A stretch of 55,508 nucleotides of DNA, filler included, from Jimgerdemannia flammicorona (lineage: Eukaryota): the NCBI GenBank assembly GCA_003990765.1. It is 2 parts of 2 records of this genome, joined end to end, with 100 filler letters (N's around TTAATTAATTAA, not from the genome) between each part and the next. Parts side by side here need not be neighbours in the genome. Positions count along the whole stretch, not along the records: positions 1 to 27,713 come from RBNJ01000612.1; positions 27,814 to 55,508 come from RBNJ01000613.1. The stretch is one strand, 5' to 3'. Shown here in pieces: positions 25,276-36,969 of the stretch. Within the stretch, counting starts at the first letter, position 1. Every line of letters starts with the position of its first letter. The position numbers and the translations under genes are program-made. The notes beneath the pieces are model-generated. The model worked only from the letters and a program-made list of their open reading frames with translations, ran no database searches and was not told the origin of the DNA.

Positions 25276-26477
25276 TTTTTTTTTTTTTTTTTTTTTTTTT
25301 TACAGACTCAGAGTCCCGCGGATTTTTATTGGAAGAGAACCTAGACTATATAGGCCAAAATCCTTCACCATCCACTGAGTACTGCCTCTTCATTAAACCT
25401 AGACTAGTTATTATTCAGCAGCTCAATTATGCTAGGTGCAGTAGGGCTTATAGTAGCTTACATCTCATTCTATGCATTATACATTCTCTATCATCAGAGG
25501 GAACTCAGTCATATGCTAATGACTGAAAGTATATATCTGAAATCTCAATATATATATAAGGTTATATTTAAGCTAAATAGAATAGCCTCTGCTATTTTAA
25601 GTGAAAATGATAGACAAAGAAAAAACCTTCCTCAAGGTACAGAATAGTGGGTAGGACTTAGTTCTTATAAGCAAGGTGAGTAGAGGACTTATATATGAAG
25701 TAGGAGAAGATCTTCAATATTTCACTACTCAAGCTTATAGGTCTTGATCATATTGCTATAGTAGCTCTCAGTTTTAGTTAAGTGAAGCCAAGATGTCTGA
25801 TATAGTTAGCCTCAGGCCTTTCAGTCTCCCTCAATAACTAGGGCCTAACTTTATGAATTGCTGAAAGAAGCTGAGAGTGATACTTACTACATACCTAACC
25901 ACTCTATACTAATCAAAAGGCCTTACTGAAGCAGCACCTGCCTCAGCCCTGATGACTATCTCCAGTCTGATACCCTACTGGTCTACTGTTATCACCCTTT
26001 CTTTTATCTGTAATGATTATCTATTCTTCCATCTTGATATCACCTGAGAACAGTCACCTATATCAGAACCATACTTATTGAGAAGCTTGCCAAAGCCAGA
26101 GAGCTCCACTACAGATACCAAGGACCTGCAGGTAACCTATATTAAGCACTTGATGTCCAAGGTCAGCTGACTTCTTATATAATTCATGATATATCGAAAT
26201 GACACCTTATTGGTAATAGCAAAAGGAAGAAGGCACTGCACTAAAATGGATATATCTCAGATATAGCTGAAGGTACCAGAAACTGCAAAAAAGTAAAGAA
26301 GACACTGATCTGATACTGATAAAGGAGTAACTCATCACTATTACCTCCCTCCCACTGCTCTGCAATAGGTATAGCAAATTAACCTGAGATAGAGAGGGTA
26401 TTAGTTGTAGAAGTAGACTCAGAAGGTTGTCTACCAAACTATTGTAACTGGTAAGGTAGTGGAGAAAGAGGCCCATA
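25276..26477 (-). mobile_element. PolyA-tailed non-LTR retroelement copy (~1.2 kb) with 16-bp TSD
   Basis: PolyT 25276-25301 with a minus-strand AATAAA just inside. Perfect TSD AATCAATTCATATTTC at 25260-25275 and 26478-26493. Homologous to 27814-28998. Confidence 0.88.
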
Positions 26478-27503
26478 AATCAATTCATATTTCTGATAAC
26501 AATTTATCACTTGGTCAAAAAATATAAAATAAAATAAAAATGTAAAAAACTATCAAAATTGCAAAATAAAAAAACAGAATACAATATCTAATAAATCTAA
26601 ATAATGTTTAAAGTTAACAATGTTATCCTTTATTTGAAAATATCTAAATATTGTTAACAGTATATTTTTAATTTAAGAATAACATACAGCAAAGAAGTAT
26701 ATTTCCTTTTTGCAGCAATCTCTTCAAATCTGATGATAATCAATTCTTTGATCAAAAAAGATAAATAATAATTAAAAATAATCAGAATAATGAGCTTATG
26801 ATGAATTATTGCACAAGTTGAAACACTTATCATAGCACCAGCGGATATTGAACAAAAATGCCATAATCATGAAGCATAGAGTTAGACAGTCAGTTTGTAG
26901 CCATTTTGTTTCATGAAGGAAGGGTGTTTGTGGATGAGATGAAAATCCCAAATGAAATCCTTACGTCCATCTTCAATAAGTGAATGCCGATAATAATTAC
27001 TCAATGAAGAAGAAATGTTATGCGGAATACAACCTTCACGGGTGGGACATCATTATTACTGCGAAAATTCCTGATGGACGGAGTCATATAATCAGGAGAG
27101 TTTAATAATCTTGGATCGGAAGAGACAGCAGTCCAAAACATGTGGCTGAGAGACCAAATTACGCGCAGGAAAATTACAATGCCCTTCAGATGACACTGGA
27201 AATATTACTTGAGAAGCATCCACCTCTGTGTCATCGGCACCAAATAATAATAATAATAAATGCCCAAACCCACGCGCCCAAATGCAAACTATATCTGCTT
27301 ACCCAATTTTTTATTGAGGATGATATTGTTGGTCGAAAATTAATTCTGACCGGACAAATCGAATGCCATAAAATTGTGGGTGGCCCAGGGTCCAATGGCG
27401 CTATAATAATAATAATAAAATCATGAAATGTCGTTGGCTGCAAATTAATTACAATATGGATGGCCATTACGATACGTCCAGTTGCCCTTCTGTCCACACG
27501 CAC

Positions 27504-27538
<35 letters not shown>

Positions 27539-27713
27539 CGACAGTTGCATCGAAAGGGAATTATGTCTGCCTGTGAAAAAGGGATCGAATGCAGACTTAT
27601 TGTTGAATATCATTGGTCAACAATTAATTATGATCCTGACAAGTGGATGCCCAAAAATTGTGGGTGGCCATTTTCGTATATCAAGTTATTGCCTGTGTCA
27701 TCGGCACCAAAAA

Positions 27714-27813
27714 NNNNNNNNNNNNNNNNNNNNNNNNNNNNNNNNNNNNNNNNNNNNTTAATTAATTAANNNNNNNNNNNNNNNNNNNNNNNNNNNNNNN
27801 NNNNNNNNNNNNN
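27714..27813. other. Artificial contig linker (N44-TTAATTAATTAA-N44)
   Basis: Exactly 100 nt, with a palindromic six-frame-stop 12-mer centred between N runs. Confidence 0.95.
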
Positions 27814-28998
27814 TTTTTTACAGACTTAGAGTCCTATGGATTTTTATTGGAAGAGAACCTAAACTATATAGGCTAAAACCCTCTTCCACTACTTATCAAG
27901 CACTGCTCTCTTATTAATCTAAGCTAGCTATTATCTAGTAGCTTGACTATGCCAGATACAGTAGAGCCTATAGTGGTCCATATCTCATTCTGTATACCAT
28001 GCTCTCTCTACTATCAGAGAGAACTCAGCCATATGCTAATAACCAAAAACATATGCCTAAAACTTCAATATATGTATAAGACCATACTTGAGCTAAATAG
28101 AATAGCTTCTACTACTCCAAGGAGAATGACAGGCAAAGAAAAAAAACCCTTATCAAAGTATATTATAGTAGATAAGACCTAGTTCTCTCAGAAGAGATGA
28201 GTAAAGAACTTTCACATAAGGTGGGAGGAAACCCCCAATATCCTACTACTTAAGCCTATAGGTCTTGATTATATTACTGTATCAGCTCCCAGTTCTAGTT
28301 AAGTATACTAAGATATCTGAAATAGGTAGCCTTGAACTCCTCAACCCTCTTTAACAACTGAGACCTAACTCTATATATTGCCAAAAGAAGCTGAGAGTGA
28401 TACCTACTATCTAATCACTCTATACCAATCAAAAGGCTCTACTAAAGTAGTACCTACCCTAGTCCTGATAATTACCCCCAGCCTAACACTCTACTGGTTT
28501 ATCATTATTGTCCTTTTTCTTATCTATAATAGCCATCTCTCCTCCCATTCCAACAATACCCAAAAAACAGTCATATATATCAGAACTGCACTTACTGAGA
28601 AGCTTGCCAAAATCAGAGGACCCCACTACAGGTACTAAGAACCTGCAGGTAACCTATACTGAGTACTTGATATCTAAGATCAGCTAACTCCCTATATAAC
28701 CCATGATACTCTAAGATAATATCTTATTGGTGATAGTAAAAGGAAGAAAGCATCACACCAAAATGAGTATATATACCTCAGATATAGCTGAAGGTATCAG
28801 AATCCATGAAATAATAGAGAAGATACTAATCTGATACTAATAAAAGGACAACTCATCACTATTGCCCTCCTTTTACTATACTCCTTCAGATACAGCAAAC
28901 CAACTCAAGATAAAGGAAATAATAATAGAGGAAAGAGGACTCAGAAGATTACCTATCAAATCTTATAACTAGTAAGGTAGCAGAGAAAGGAGCTCATA
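27814..28998 (-). mobile_element. Second copy of the 1.2 kb polyA-tailed non-LTR element
   Basis: Colinear with 25296-26477, starting TTTTTTACAGACT, with the same far boundary (GAGAAAG..GC.CATA). Confidence 0.88.
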
Positions 28999-29844
28999 TT
29001 ATAAAGTGATTTTGAACTAACTAAATAAACCACCTGTTAATATATTTGTAACAGTTCTAGTTCTTTAAGAGGAAGTGGCTAAATCTGGAAGTTCTGATTG
29101 GCCTAAAGTAGCTCAAAGAGATACTTAAAGATTCAAGTATTCTTAAAGAATTTCTGAGAGAAAATATTCTGAGCTTTATTCAGGCAGAGAACAAGGATAT
29201 TTATACATAATCTGAAAGAAAGATCTGGAAGGATCTTGAAAAGAAAGAGAAATGCCAAGAAATAGATTCTTAGCAAAGCTGACTAATACTATTCTACAAT
29301 GTTCCAAAAGGTTCCATAACTAGCTAAGATAAGATATTTGATGCCAAGGAAAGACAAGAATGTTCTAGTGGTGTCTGAGTGCCAAGAGAAGGTTTCTAAG
29401 CAAGTAGAAGGTACCAGAATATAGTAGAATATTTAAGAAATGACAAGAAAAGACTAACTAAAAGATGTGAAAAATATACTAAGACTAAATATGACTGTGA
29501 AATTGTTACATCCCTCTCTTCTTAAGAATCAATATCCTCATTGAGTTCTTAGGTAATATAAGACTAGATATACTTAACCAAAATTTCTCAAACTTGAATT
29601 AGCATATTGGCAAGGATTGGCCATTCTTGTATAGAGTAGAGGGCCTATTACTAGACTAACCAACTGGGAGGAGTTCAAACCCAGCTAGTAGCTTTATTTC
29701 AGTAGACTTCTTATTCATTAAATGTTCTGCTAATTCCAGAGTCCCAAAGTAAACTTCTAATATATAAGACACTGATCATTACCATAGATTATCAACAATC
29801 CAAGGAAGTCACTATAGAGATTAGGCAATGTGTTTTATCTCAAA

Positions 29845-29995
29845 GTCTTGAACTAGATCTTGAGAGTTCTTGAGGTTGATCAGTGGTTCCCAGATAGTAT
29901 CATATTCAGGATAACCCATCCACTTGACTAGGTATTCAGAATAGTAGTAGTGGATTCATTTGTTAAGAATTTTCTCAGCTTCATACTTGATATGG
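29845..29995 (-). pseudogene. E3 chromodomain
   Basis: YEAEKILNK*IHYYYSEYLVKWMGYPEYDTIWEPLINLKNSQDLVQDF. Confidence 0.92.
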
Positions 29996-30029
29996 TCTTC
30001 AATAATCATAAGGGCAGAAGGCTTAGAAA

Positions 30030-33000
30030 TTTAACTAGGGTAGAGTAGTGACTGGTTCCAGATCTTGAGGTGTGACACATGAAAGACTGAGTGTACTCTC
30101 ATGATTTCAGGTAGCTTAAGACAGTAGGAGGATACAGAGACTTGTTCAGTGATCTTGAAAGGTCCAATATACTTGGGTTGGAACTTGTTTGAAGGGTAAT
30201 TGACTTGAGATTGTACATATCTTGAGATTCTCAGTAGATAGTAGGACTTGATCTTCAACAGTGTAAGTGACATCATGGTATTTCTTGTTAGTATACTTGG
30301 CTTAATTCTGTTGAGCCTTCTGAAGGTTCATAGTAGCAATCTTGAGTAGTTCATCCATCTTATCTGTAAGGTTCTTGGTTGTTAGGACTTATATTTGACT
30401 AGTTTTCTTGAAAGAAAATAGACTTGCAGGGGTCTCGGGATCTTAACCATAGAGTAACCAGAAAGGGAAAAGATCAGTAGATGATTGGACAGCATTGTTG
30501 TATGCAAACTCTGTATAAGTCAGGTAGATGTCTCAATTATCTTGCTCATAAAAAACATAGTTTCTAAGCATTTGTTCTAGAGTTCTATTCATGTGCTTGG
30601 TTTGTCCATCAGTTTGTAGATAAAAGGTAGTAGACATAGTCAATTGGGTTCTCAGAGTCTTGAAGAGGGTTTGCCAGAAGTGGTTGGTGAACTTGGGGTT
30701 GTGATTGCTAACAATTACTCATAGTAGACCATAGTAATAGAAGATGGACTTAAAAAAGATTCTTGCAATCTCAGGTGCAGTAGTATTGGTAGTGGTTGGT
30801 TTAGCAACCATAGTCTTGGTCAGGCAGTCAATGAATACAACAATAGCATCAGCATCAGATTGAGTTCATAGTAGTTGAGTTATAAAGTCTGTGGTGACTT
30901 GCTTGAACTTCTTAGTAGGAATTGGCAGTGGTTGTAGCAAACTGGCAAGCACTTGATTGGTAGACTTGTTGTACTAACATAGATCACAGCTGGCAATATA
31001 GTTCTTGATTTTCTTAACCATGTTTGGCCAATAGTAGTGGTGTTGGATGTTCTTAACAGTCTTCTCAATTCCCAGATAACCGACAAGAGGGGAGTTATGG
31101 TGTTCTTGCAAAATCTTATAGTGTAGGTTCATGTTTTCAGGTAGGTAGACTTGGTCTTAATGATAGATTAGATTGTTCTCAACAGTATATGTATCCTTGA
31201 GTTCATTCAAGAAAACTCTAGTAGCAACTGTATCTTCTTTGTAAGCTTGCCTGATTTGGTCTAGGAATTCTGATACCAAGGTAATTTGCATGATTGTGGT
31301 GAGGTCTGGGCACCTTGATAAAGCATCTGGTACTATAAATATCTTACCAGGCTTATAGATGATTGTTGGATTGAAGGTTTGAAGCTTAAGGCTCTACTTA
31401 GCTTGTAGACATAACAGAGTAGGTTGGGTATTGATGTACTTGAGAGATTGATGATCAGTAATGATATCAAACTCAACATCTTCTAGATAGTATTGCCAGT
31501 GATCTAGTGCATGTATTATTGCTAGTAGTTTCTTCTCATGAGTAGCTAGTTTTTGTTCAGCTGAGGCTAGCTTGTGGAACTCAAAAGCAATAGAGTGATG
31601 TCCTTTGCCATCATCTTGTAACTAGTGCTCCTAACGAGTCAATTTAATCCGGATTAGATTCGGATTGATTCGGATTGAATCCCATCCGAATCAACTCGGA
31701 TGGGATTCGAATCAACCATTGTTTTGATTTCCAAATTAGATAATTAAATGTTTACATCAATAACTCAATGAATAATCATCCAAATTTGATGATCTTGGTG
31801 TCATTTGAAAGCCCTTAATAAGGCCTATCTAATGATACCAAGAACATTGAAATCAGATCATGCGTTGCTGAGTTATGAAGGGAACCGTCTGAATCGCTGA
31901 TTTTGGAAATTCTTCGATTTGCCAATTTTGGAAATTTCATCAAATAGAACGTTTTCTTTAATATCTTGGCAACGCGCAATCCGATTTTAATGTTCTTGAT
32001 ATCATTAGAAAGGCCTTATTAAGGGCTTTCAAATGACACCAAGATCATCAAATTTGGATAATTATTCATCGAGTTATTGATGTAAACATTTAATTGTCCA
32101 ATTTGGAAATCAAAACAATGGTTGATTCGAATCCATCCAGATGGGATTCGAATCCAATCCGAGTTGATCCAGATGGGATTCGAATCCATCCGAATCCCAT
32201 CCGGATTGACTCGTTTGGAGCACTACTTGTAACAGGACTACTCTAATGGCAAAATTTGATATATCAGTGGTGACTATGAATTTTTGGCCTTGATCTGCAT
32301 TATGCAGGACTGGGGTATGGGTTAGGTAGTTCTTGAGTTCTTGAAAGGCTTATTGACAGAAGAGATCCCAGGTGTAAGATACATAGAGGTCTGAGTATGA
32401 GGTCTTCCTCATGAGATTAGTCAGTGGCTCAGCAATACCAGAGAAGTTTCTGACAAAGTGGTGATAATAGTCAGCTAGACCAAGGAAGGATTGGAGTTCA
32501 ATGAAATGGACTATTTTTCAATTGCTTCTATCTTGTGTGGGTCTACTTGAATTCCTTGTGCAGAGACAATGTGGCCAAGGTATTCAACTTGTTCTTTGAA
32601 GAATTTATACTTCTTGAGCTTGTCATAAAGCTTGTGTTTTTACAGGATCTCCAGGACTATTCGAATGTATTTGAGGTATTCTTCTTTAGTTATACTAAAG
32701 ATCAGGATGTTGTCAAGATATATCAATAGGAAAATAAATAGTTAGTCCTTAAATATCTTGTTCATCAGAGTCTGGAATATAGTGGGTGCATTGGTGTGAC
32801 CAAATACTAAGACCAGGAATTCATAGAGTCCAAAGGGGGTCATGAATGCAGTCTTGAGAATGTCTTCTGGCTTGATTTGAATCTGGTGGTATTCTGACAT
32901 GAGATCTAACTTAGTGAAGTACTTGGCATTCTTAAGAGTATTAAAGATTTGATTAATCAAGAATAATGGATAATAGTTCTTGATAGTGAGTTTGTTGAGT

Positions 33001-33260
33001 GCACAATAGTCTATATATATTCACAGAGTACCATTCTTCTTCTTGATGAATAAGACTGATAAGCCATAATGAGATTTGCTTGGCTGGATGACTCCTCATA
33101 TAAGTAGTTTTTCTAGTTCCTTCTTGACTGCTTCAATTTCAAGTGGTGACATATGGTATATGTGTTTCTTAGGTGGTACTGCTCCTGGGGTCAGTTCAAT
33201 TTCATGATCAACTTCTTGTATAGGTGGTAGGCTAGATAGCTTATCTGGAAAGATATCCTT
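30030..33260 (-). pseudogene. pol: E3 RT-RNase H-integrase, split by a MITE at 31623-32225
   Basis: KYFTKLDL, KTAFMTPFGLYEF, YLDNIL (from YLDD), EKKLLAII, HNSPLVGYLG, YYWPNM, YLQTDGQT, PKYIGPFKI, VHSVFHVSHLK. Confidence 0.92.
31623..32225. mobile_element. Young non-autonomous hAT-type MITE (603 bp), almost fully palindromic
   Basis: TIRs TAGTGCTCC.AACGAGTCAAT. Perfect 8-bp TSD CTTGTAAC (31615-31622 / 32226-32233). GATTC/GAATC subterminal repeats. Long inverted arms ~31705-31875 vs ~31960-32135. CpGs intact. Confidence 0.92.
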
Positions 33261-33469
33261 GAATTCCTCTAGCAATAGCTTGATGCTTTTATTGACTGAT
33301 AGTCTCTTGTCTTATTTCTTGGGGTGGATTATTACATATAATAAAAGCATACATTGCCTTCTTGAGTGCTTTCTTATACTGTATAGCTGACAGTATTGCA
33401 ATCTGGGCCTTGTTCATAGTCTTGTCTATCTTGATCATAATGTTAGCTCCATCTTGAAGTAAGGTGACT

Positions 33470-33790
33470 TCATTCTTATACCAATCAATGTCTGGATTGT
33501 GTTTCATAAGCCAGGGTTTTCCTAAGATCAGATTATGATCTCTTAGTGGTGCAATCTTGAAGTCTACTCATTCTCAATATTTCTGGATCTTGATGGGCAG
33601 TTTGGTGGCAATTGACTTGATGGGGTGCAGAGTATCATCTGCAGTAACTATACTATTGTTCTTGGGTGCAGACTTAGTGAGAATCTTGAGGTTTTTGATG
33701 AGATTCTGATTGATAAAGTTTCCTGCAGCTCTGCTGTCTATGAGTACTTGAACTTCTTTTCCTTTGACTAGGCCTTTGAAAATGAGTATA
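33470..33790 (-). pseudogene. E3 aspartic protease
   Basis: KGLVKGKEVQVLIDSRAAGNFI (decayed DSGA) and HNLILGKPWL. Confidence 0.9.
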
Positions 33791-33814
33791 GCTTGAGCTC
33801 AATTTTCACTAAGA

Positions 33815-34240
33815 CTTGCTGCTTGATCAGTACCACCAAAACCCTTTTGATCTTATTTGGTTTCAGGGAGTTCTTGGACTTCTATAATCTTGAGTTGACT
33901 GGCTTTTTTCAGAATCATTTACATGACTCAGTCTTCTTCTTTAACTATGTAGTCTTGATCCTTCTGGTTGATGAGTAAGACTTGAACTTATCCTTGAAAG
34001 TCTGAGTCAATGACACCAGTGCCTACATCTAAATGATGTTTGACACTGAGTCCTGATTGTTGTGTAATTCTAGTATAATATCCTTCAGGACATTGGACTG
34101 TAATTCCAGTAGGCACCAGAGTATGGCTCTTATCTGGAATAGTAACTTGTTTGAATACATGTAGGTCAAGACCAATGGCTCCTTCTGTTTGATATTGAGG
34201 GACCTGGGCCTTTGAATGAAGCTTCTTGATCTTGAGCTCA
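33815..34240 (-). pseudogene. dut: E3 dUTPase, upstream of the protease
   Basis: PQYQTEGAIGLDL, LVPTGI, QQSGLSVKH, GTGVIDSDFQG, ETK*DQKGFGGTD. Confidence 0.92.
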
Positions 34241-34289
34241 AGTTGACTGATAGTAGGATTGATAGGTGTGTCCTTGGATAACACAGTAA

Positions 34290-35210
34290 CTGGTCTTGAG
34301 AGTTCACTAGTCTTTCTAGGACATTTGATTGCAATGTGTCCTGTTTGGTGACAGAAGAAACAAGCTCCAGATTTCTTCAGGCAGTCCTTTTCTTCAGGGG
34401 TAAGCTTGGTGTTCTTTTTGTTCATGGTGTCTAAGTCCATTGGTGCTGGGCCAACTATCCTTAGTTGGTTTCTATAGTGGTTCTTGAAGTAGTTCTTTTT
34501 GTGGCATTCTGGTTTGAAGCAGTTGTCAAAGGTGATGATATCAAATCTATCAGCAATTCTCATAGCTTTATCAAGAGTTTTGGGCTCTTTCAGCTCAACC
34601 TTGACTCATGTGTTTCTCTTCAGACCTCAGACATAGCAGTCTATCTTTTTATTCTCAGATACCACTGATAGCTCAAGTAGAATTGACAAGAATTGTATAT
34701 TGTAGACTTAAGTTACTTGATGTTTGCTAGCTTGTCCCTGGCTAGCTTGGTAGCATTAGCAGACTTGAACTACTTATGAAGAGCTCTCTTGAAAGCTTCC
34801 CAATCTCTGATTCATACATATATGAGTATATAGATATAACCATGATATGATTGTATCACAAGATAGCTATATTTCCTCAGAAAAGTATAGTAGTGAATTG
34901 GACTTACATGTCATCTTCCATTCTTGTGAGCTTAAAGTATTAATCCAATTAGAAGGTCCATGTATCTGTAGATAGTCCTCCTCAATGGCCATCAAAGGTG
35001 TCTGGCTTGAGTGGCTTGAAACTGACTAGTGCTATAGCAGGATGTGATATATCTATAGTTTGTATTTTCTGCTATTCTAGTTGTACTTGAAGTTCTTGGA
35101 TTTGATGGGCCATAGTATTGATTATATCTTCTATGTTGAGTTGTAATCCTCTTACTTCTTCTGTAGCAGAGGGGTCTAACTGGTAGACTGACTCTTCACA
35201 GCTCATTTTG
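34290..35210 (-). pseudogene. gag: E3 gag
   Basis: KPLKPDTFDG, GPAPMDLD, CFFCHQTGHIAIKC knuckle. Confidence 0.88.
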
Positions 35211-36969
35211 GGTTCATGTGACTTATTGTGACTGGTTTCTGTATTCATGTGAGATTTCTTAATAAGGCAAGGTATAATAATACTACTACTACTAAGTGTA
35301 ATAGTTCTAGTTTCTTTAAGAGAAAGTGGCTAAATCTGAAAGTTCTGGTTGACCTAAAGTAGCTCAAAGAGATACTTAAAGGTTCAAGTATTTTCAAAGG
35401 ATTTCTGGGAGAAAATATTCTAAGCTTTATTTAAGTAGAGAACAAGGATATTTATATATGATCTGAAAGAAAGATCCAGAAGAATCTTGGAAAGAAAGAG
35501 AAATGCCAAGAAATAGGTTCTCAGCAAAGCTGACTAATACTATTCTATAATATTCTAAAAGGTTCCATGATTAGCTAAGATAAGATACTTAGCACCAAGG
35601 AAAGACAAGAATGTTCTAGTGATATCTGGGTACTGAGAGAAGGTTTCTAAGCAAGTAGAAGGTACCAGAACATAGTAGAATGTTCAAGAAATGATAAGAA
35701 AAGACTGACTAAAAGATATGAAAAATATACTAAGACTAAATATGACTGTGAAATTGTTATAATATTTGTATAAATAATTACTATAAGACTATAGAGATAC
35801 ATATTAGTCATTGAAAAAAAGCAGATAAAAAGAGTTCACAATAGTGTTCTATAATATAGAGTGAGATGGTTTAGATTTCCTAGTCAGGATACATACAAAC
35901 AATATAAGGCATTATCCTACTGATATTTATAAATACTGATATGTGATATAGTTATATATAAAATTGTTCTCATTATGATCAAGTATATTATTATTAAAGA
36001 TACCATTTTTTATACAGAATAGATATTATTGGTAAATAATTTTACTATGATAACATAGATCTATATATAGAAAGCTTACATCACTATTTTCTATTTATAA
36101 TAGTAGTATATATCATATGATTTTATATATATTCATCTATATTATCTAATATTTAATATTATCAATCATAGTATATATCAATAGTGTGAGGCTACTTTTA
36201 ATATCAAATTTAATATATATCATTATCAGAGATATATATTAAATTTTATATAATATAATGATCACAAGTTCACTAATAACAATAGATCAAGACTGTAGAC
36301 CTAATTCTTGTTATATATTATATTATGATTACATATTCTCAATTTGATCATAATTTATACTTTATGAAGTATTTTTGAAATATTGGAAAAAAGAGATGCA
36401 ATTTGATATTGAAAATAGCCTTATATATAAAACTCTCACTGATATACTAGAACTACTAATGCAATAAATACTGATATATAATATAGTTATATATAACATT
36501 TTTCTCATTGTAATCAAGTATATATATCATTATTAAAGTATCTGTTAATTATTGTAAGTAACTTTGATACTAACTTACCATTTATCATATAGAGTAGACA
36601 TTATTGGCAAATGCTTTTACTATAATAATATAGATCTATATATAGATAAGACTATGATACTAGGTAGAGAATAATACCCAAATAGTGATATTTACAATAA
36701 GTGATATATGTTATATGATTTTTATTCTTTATATTATCTAGTATTAGTATTTAATATCATCAATCTTAGTATAGCTCTCTTTTTTCATATTCTGATGTGA
36801 TTAAATTTAAATACAATTTAAACTTGATATAATTCAGTTAATATATAAGGTATATATAATAATAAATATATTATCTTACAATATATCCTCATACTATAAA
36901 ACTCCTACTGATATTTTTTTTATATACTAAAAATATAGATATAATAAATACTAATATATGATATATGTA

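Larger units (their letters stand above)
29047..35761 (-). mobile_element. E3: chromoviral Ty3/Gypsy element, gag-dUTPase-PR-RT-RH-IN-chromodomain, with a nested MITE
   Basis: LTRs 29047-29510 and 35297-35761, 5-bp TSD ATATT, PPT AAGAAGAGAGGGA, and a decayed PBS TTAGTAGTAG (possibly from TGGTAGC, iMet type). Confidence 0.95.

Noticed and set aside
26880..27230. Coding-like fragment ELDSQFVAILF...KIPNEILTSIF (F-box-like)
   Set aside because: Broken by stops and frameshifts; the motif is too short to support a call.
27758..27769. TTAATTAATTAA palindrome between N runs
   Set aside because: Synthetic six-frame-stop linker, not biological. Adjacency across it should not be interpreted.
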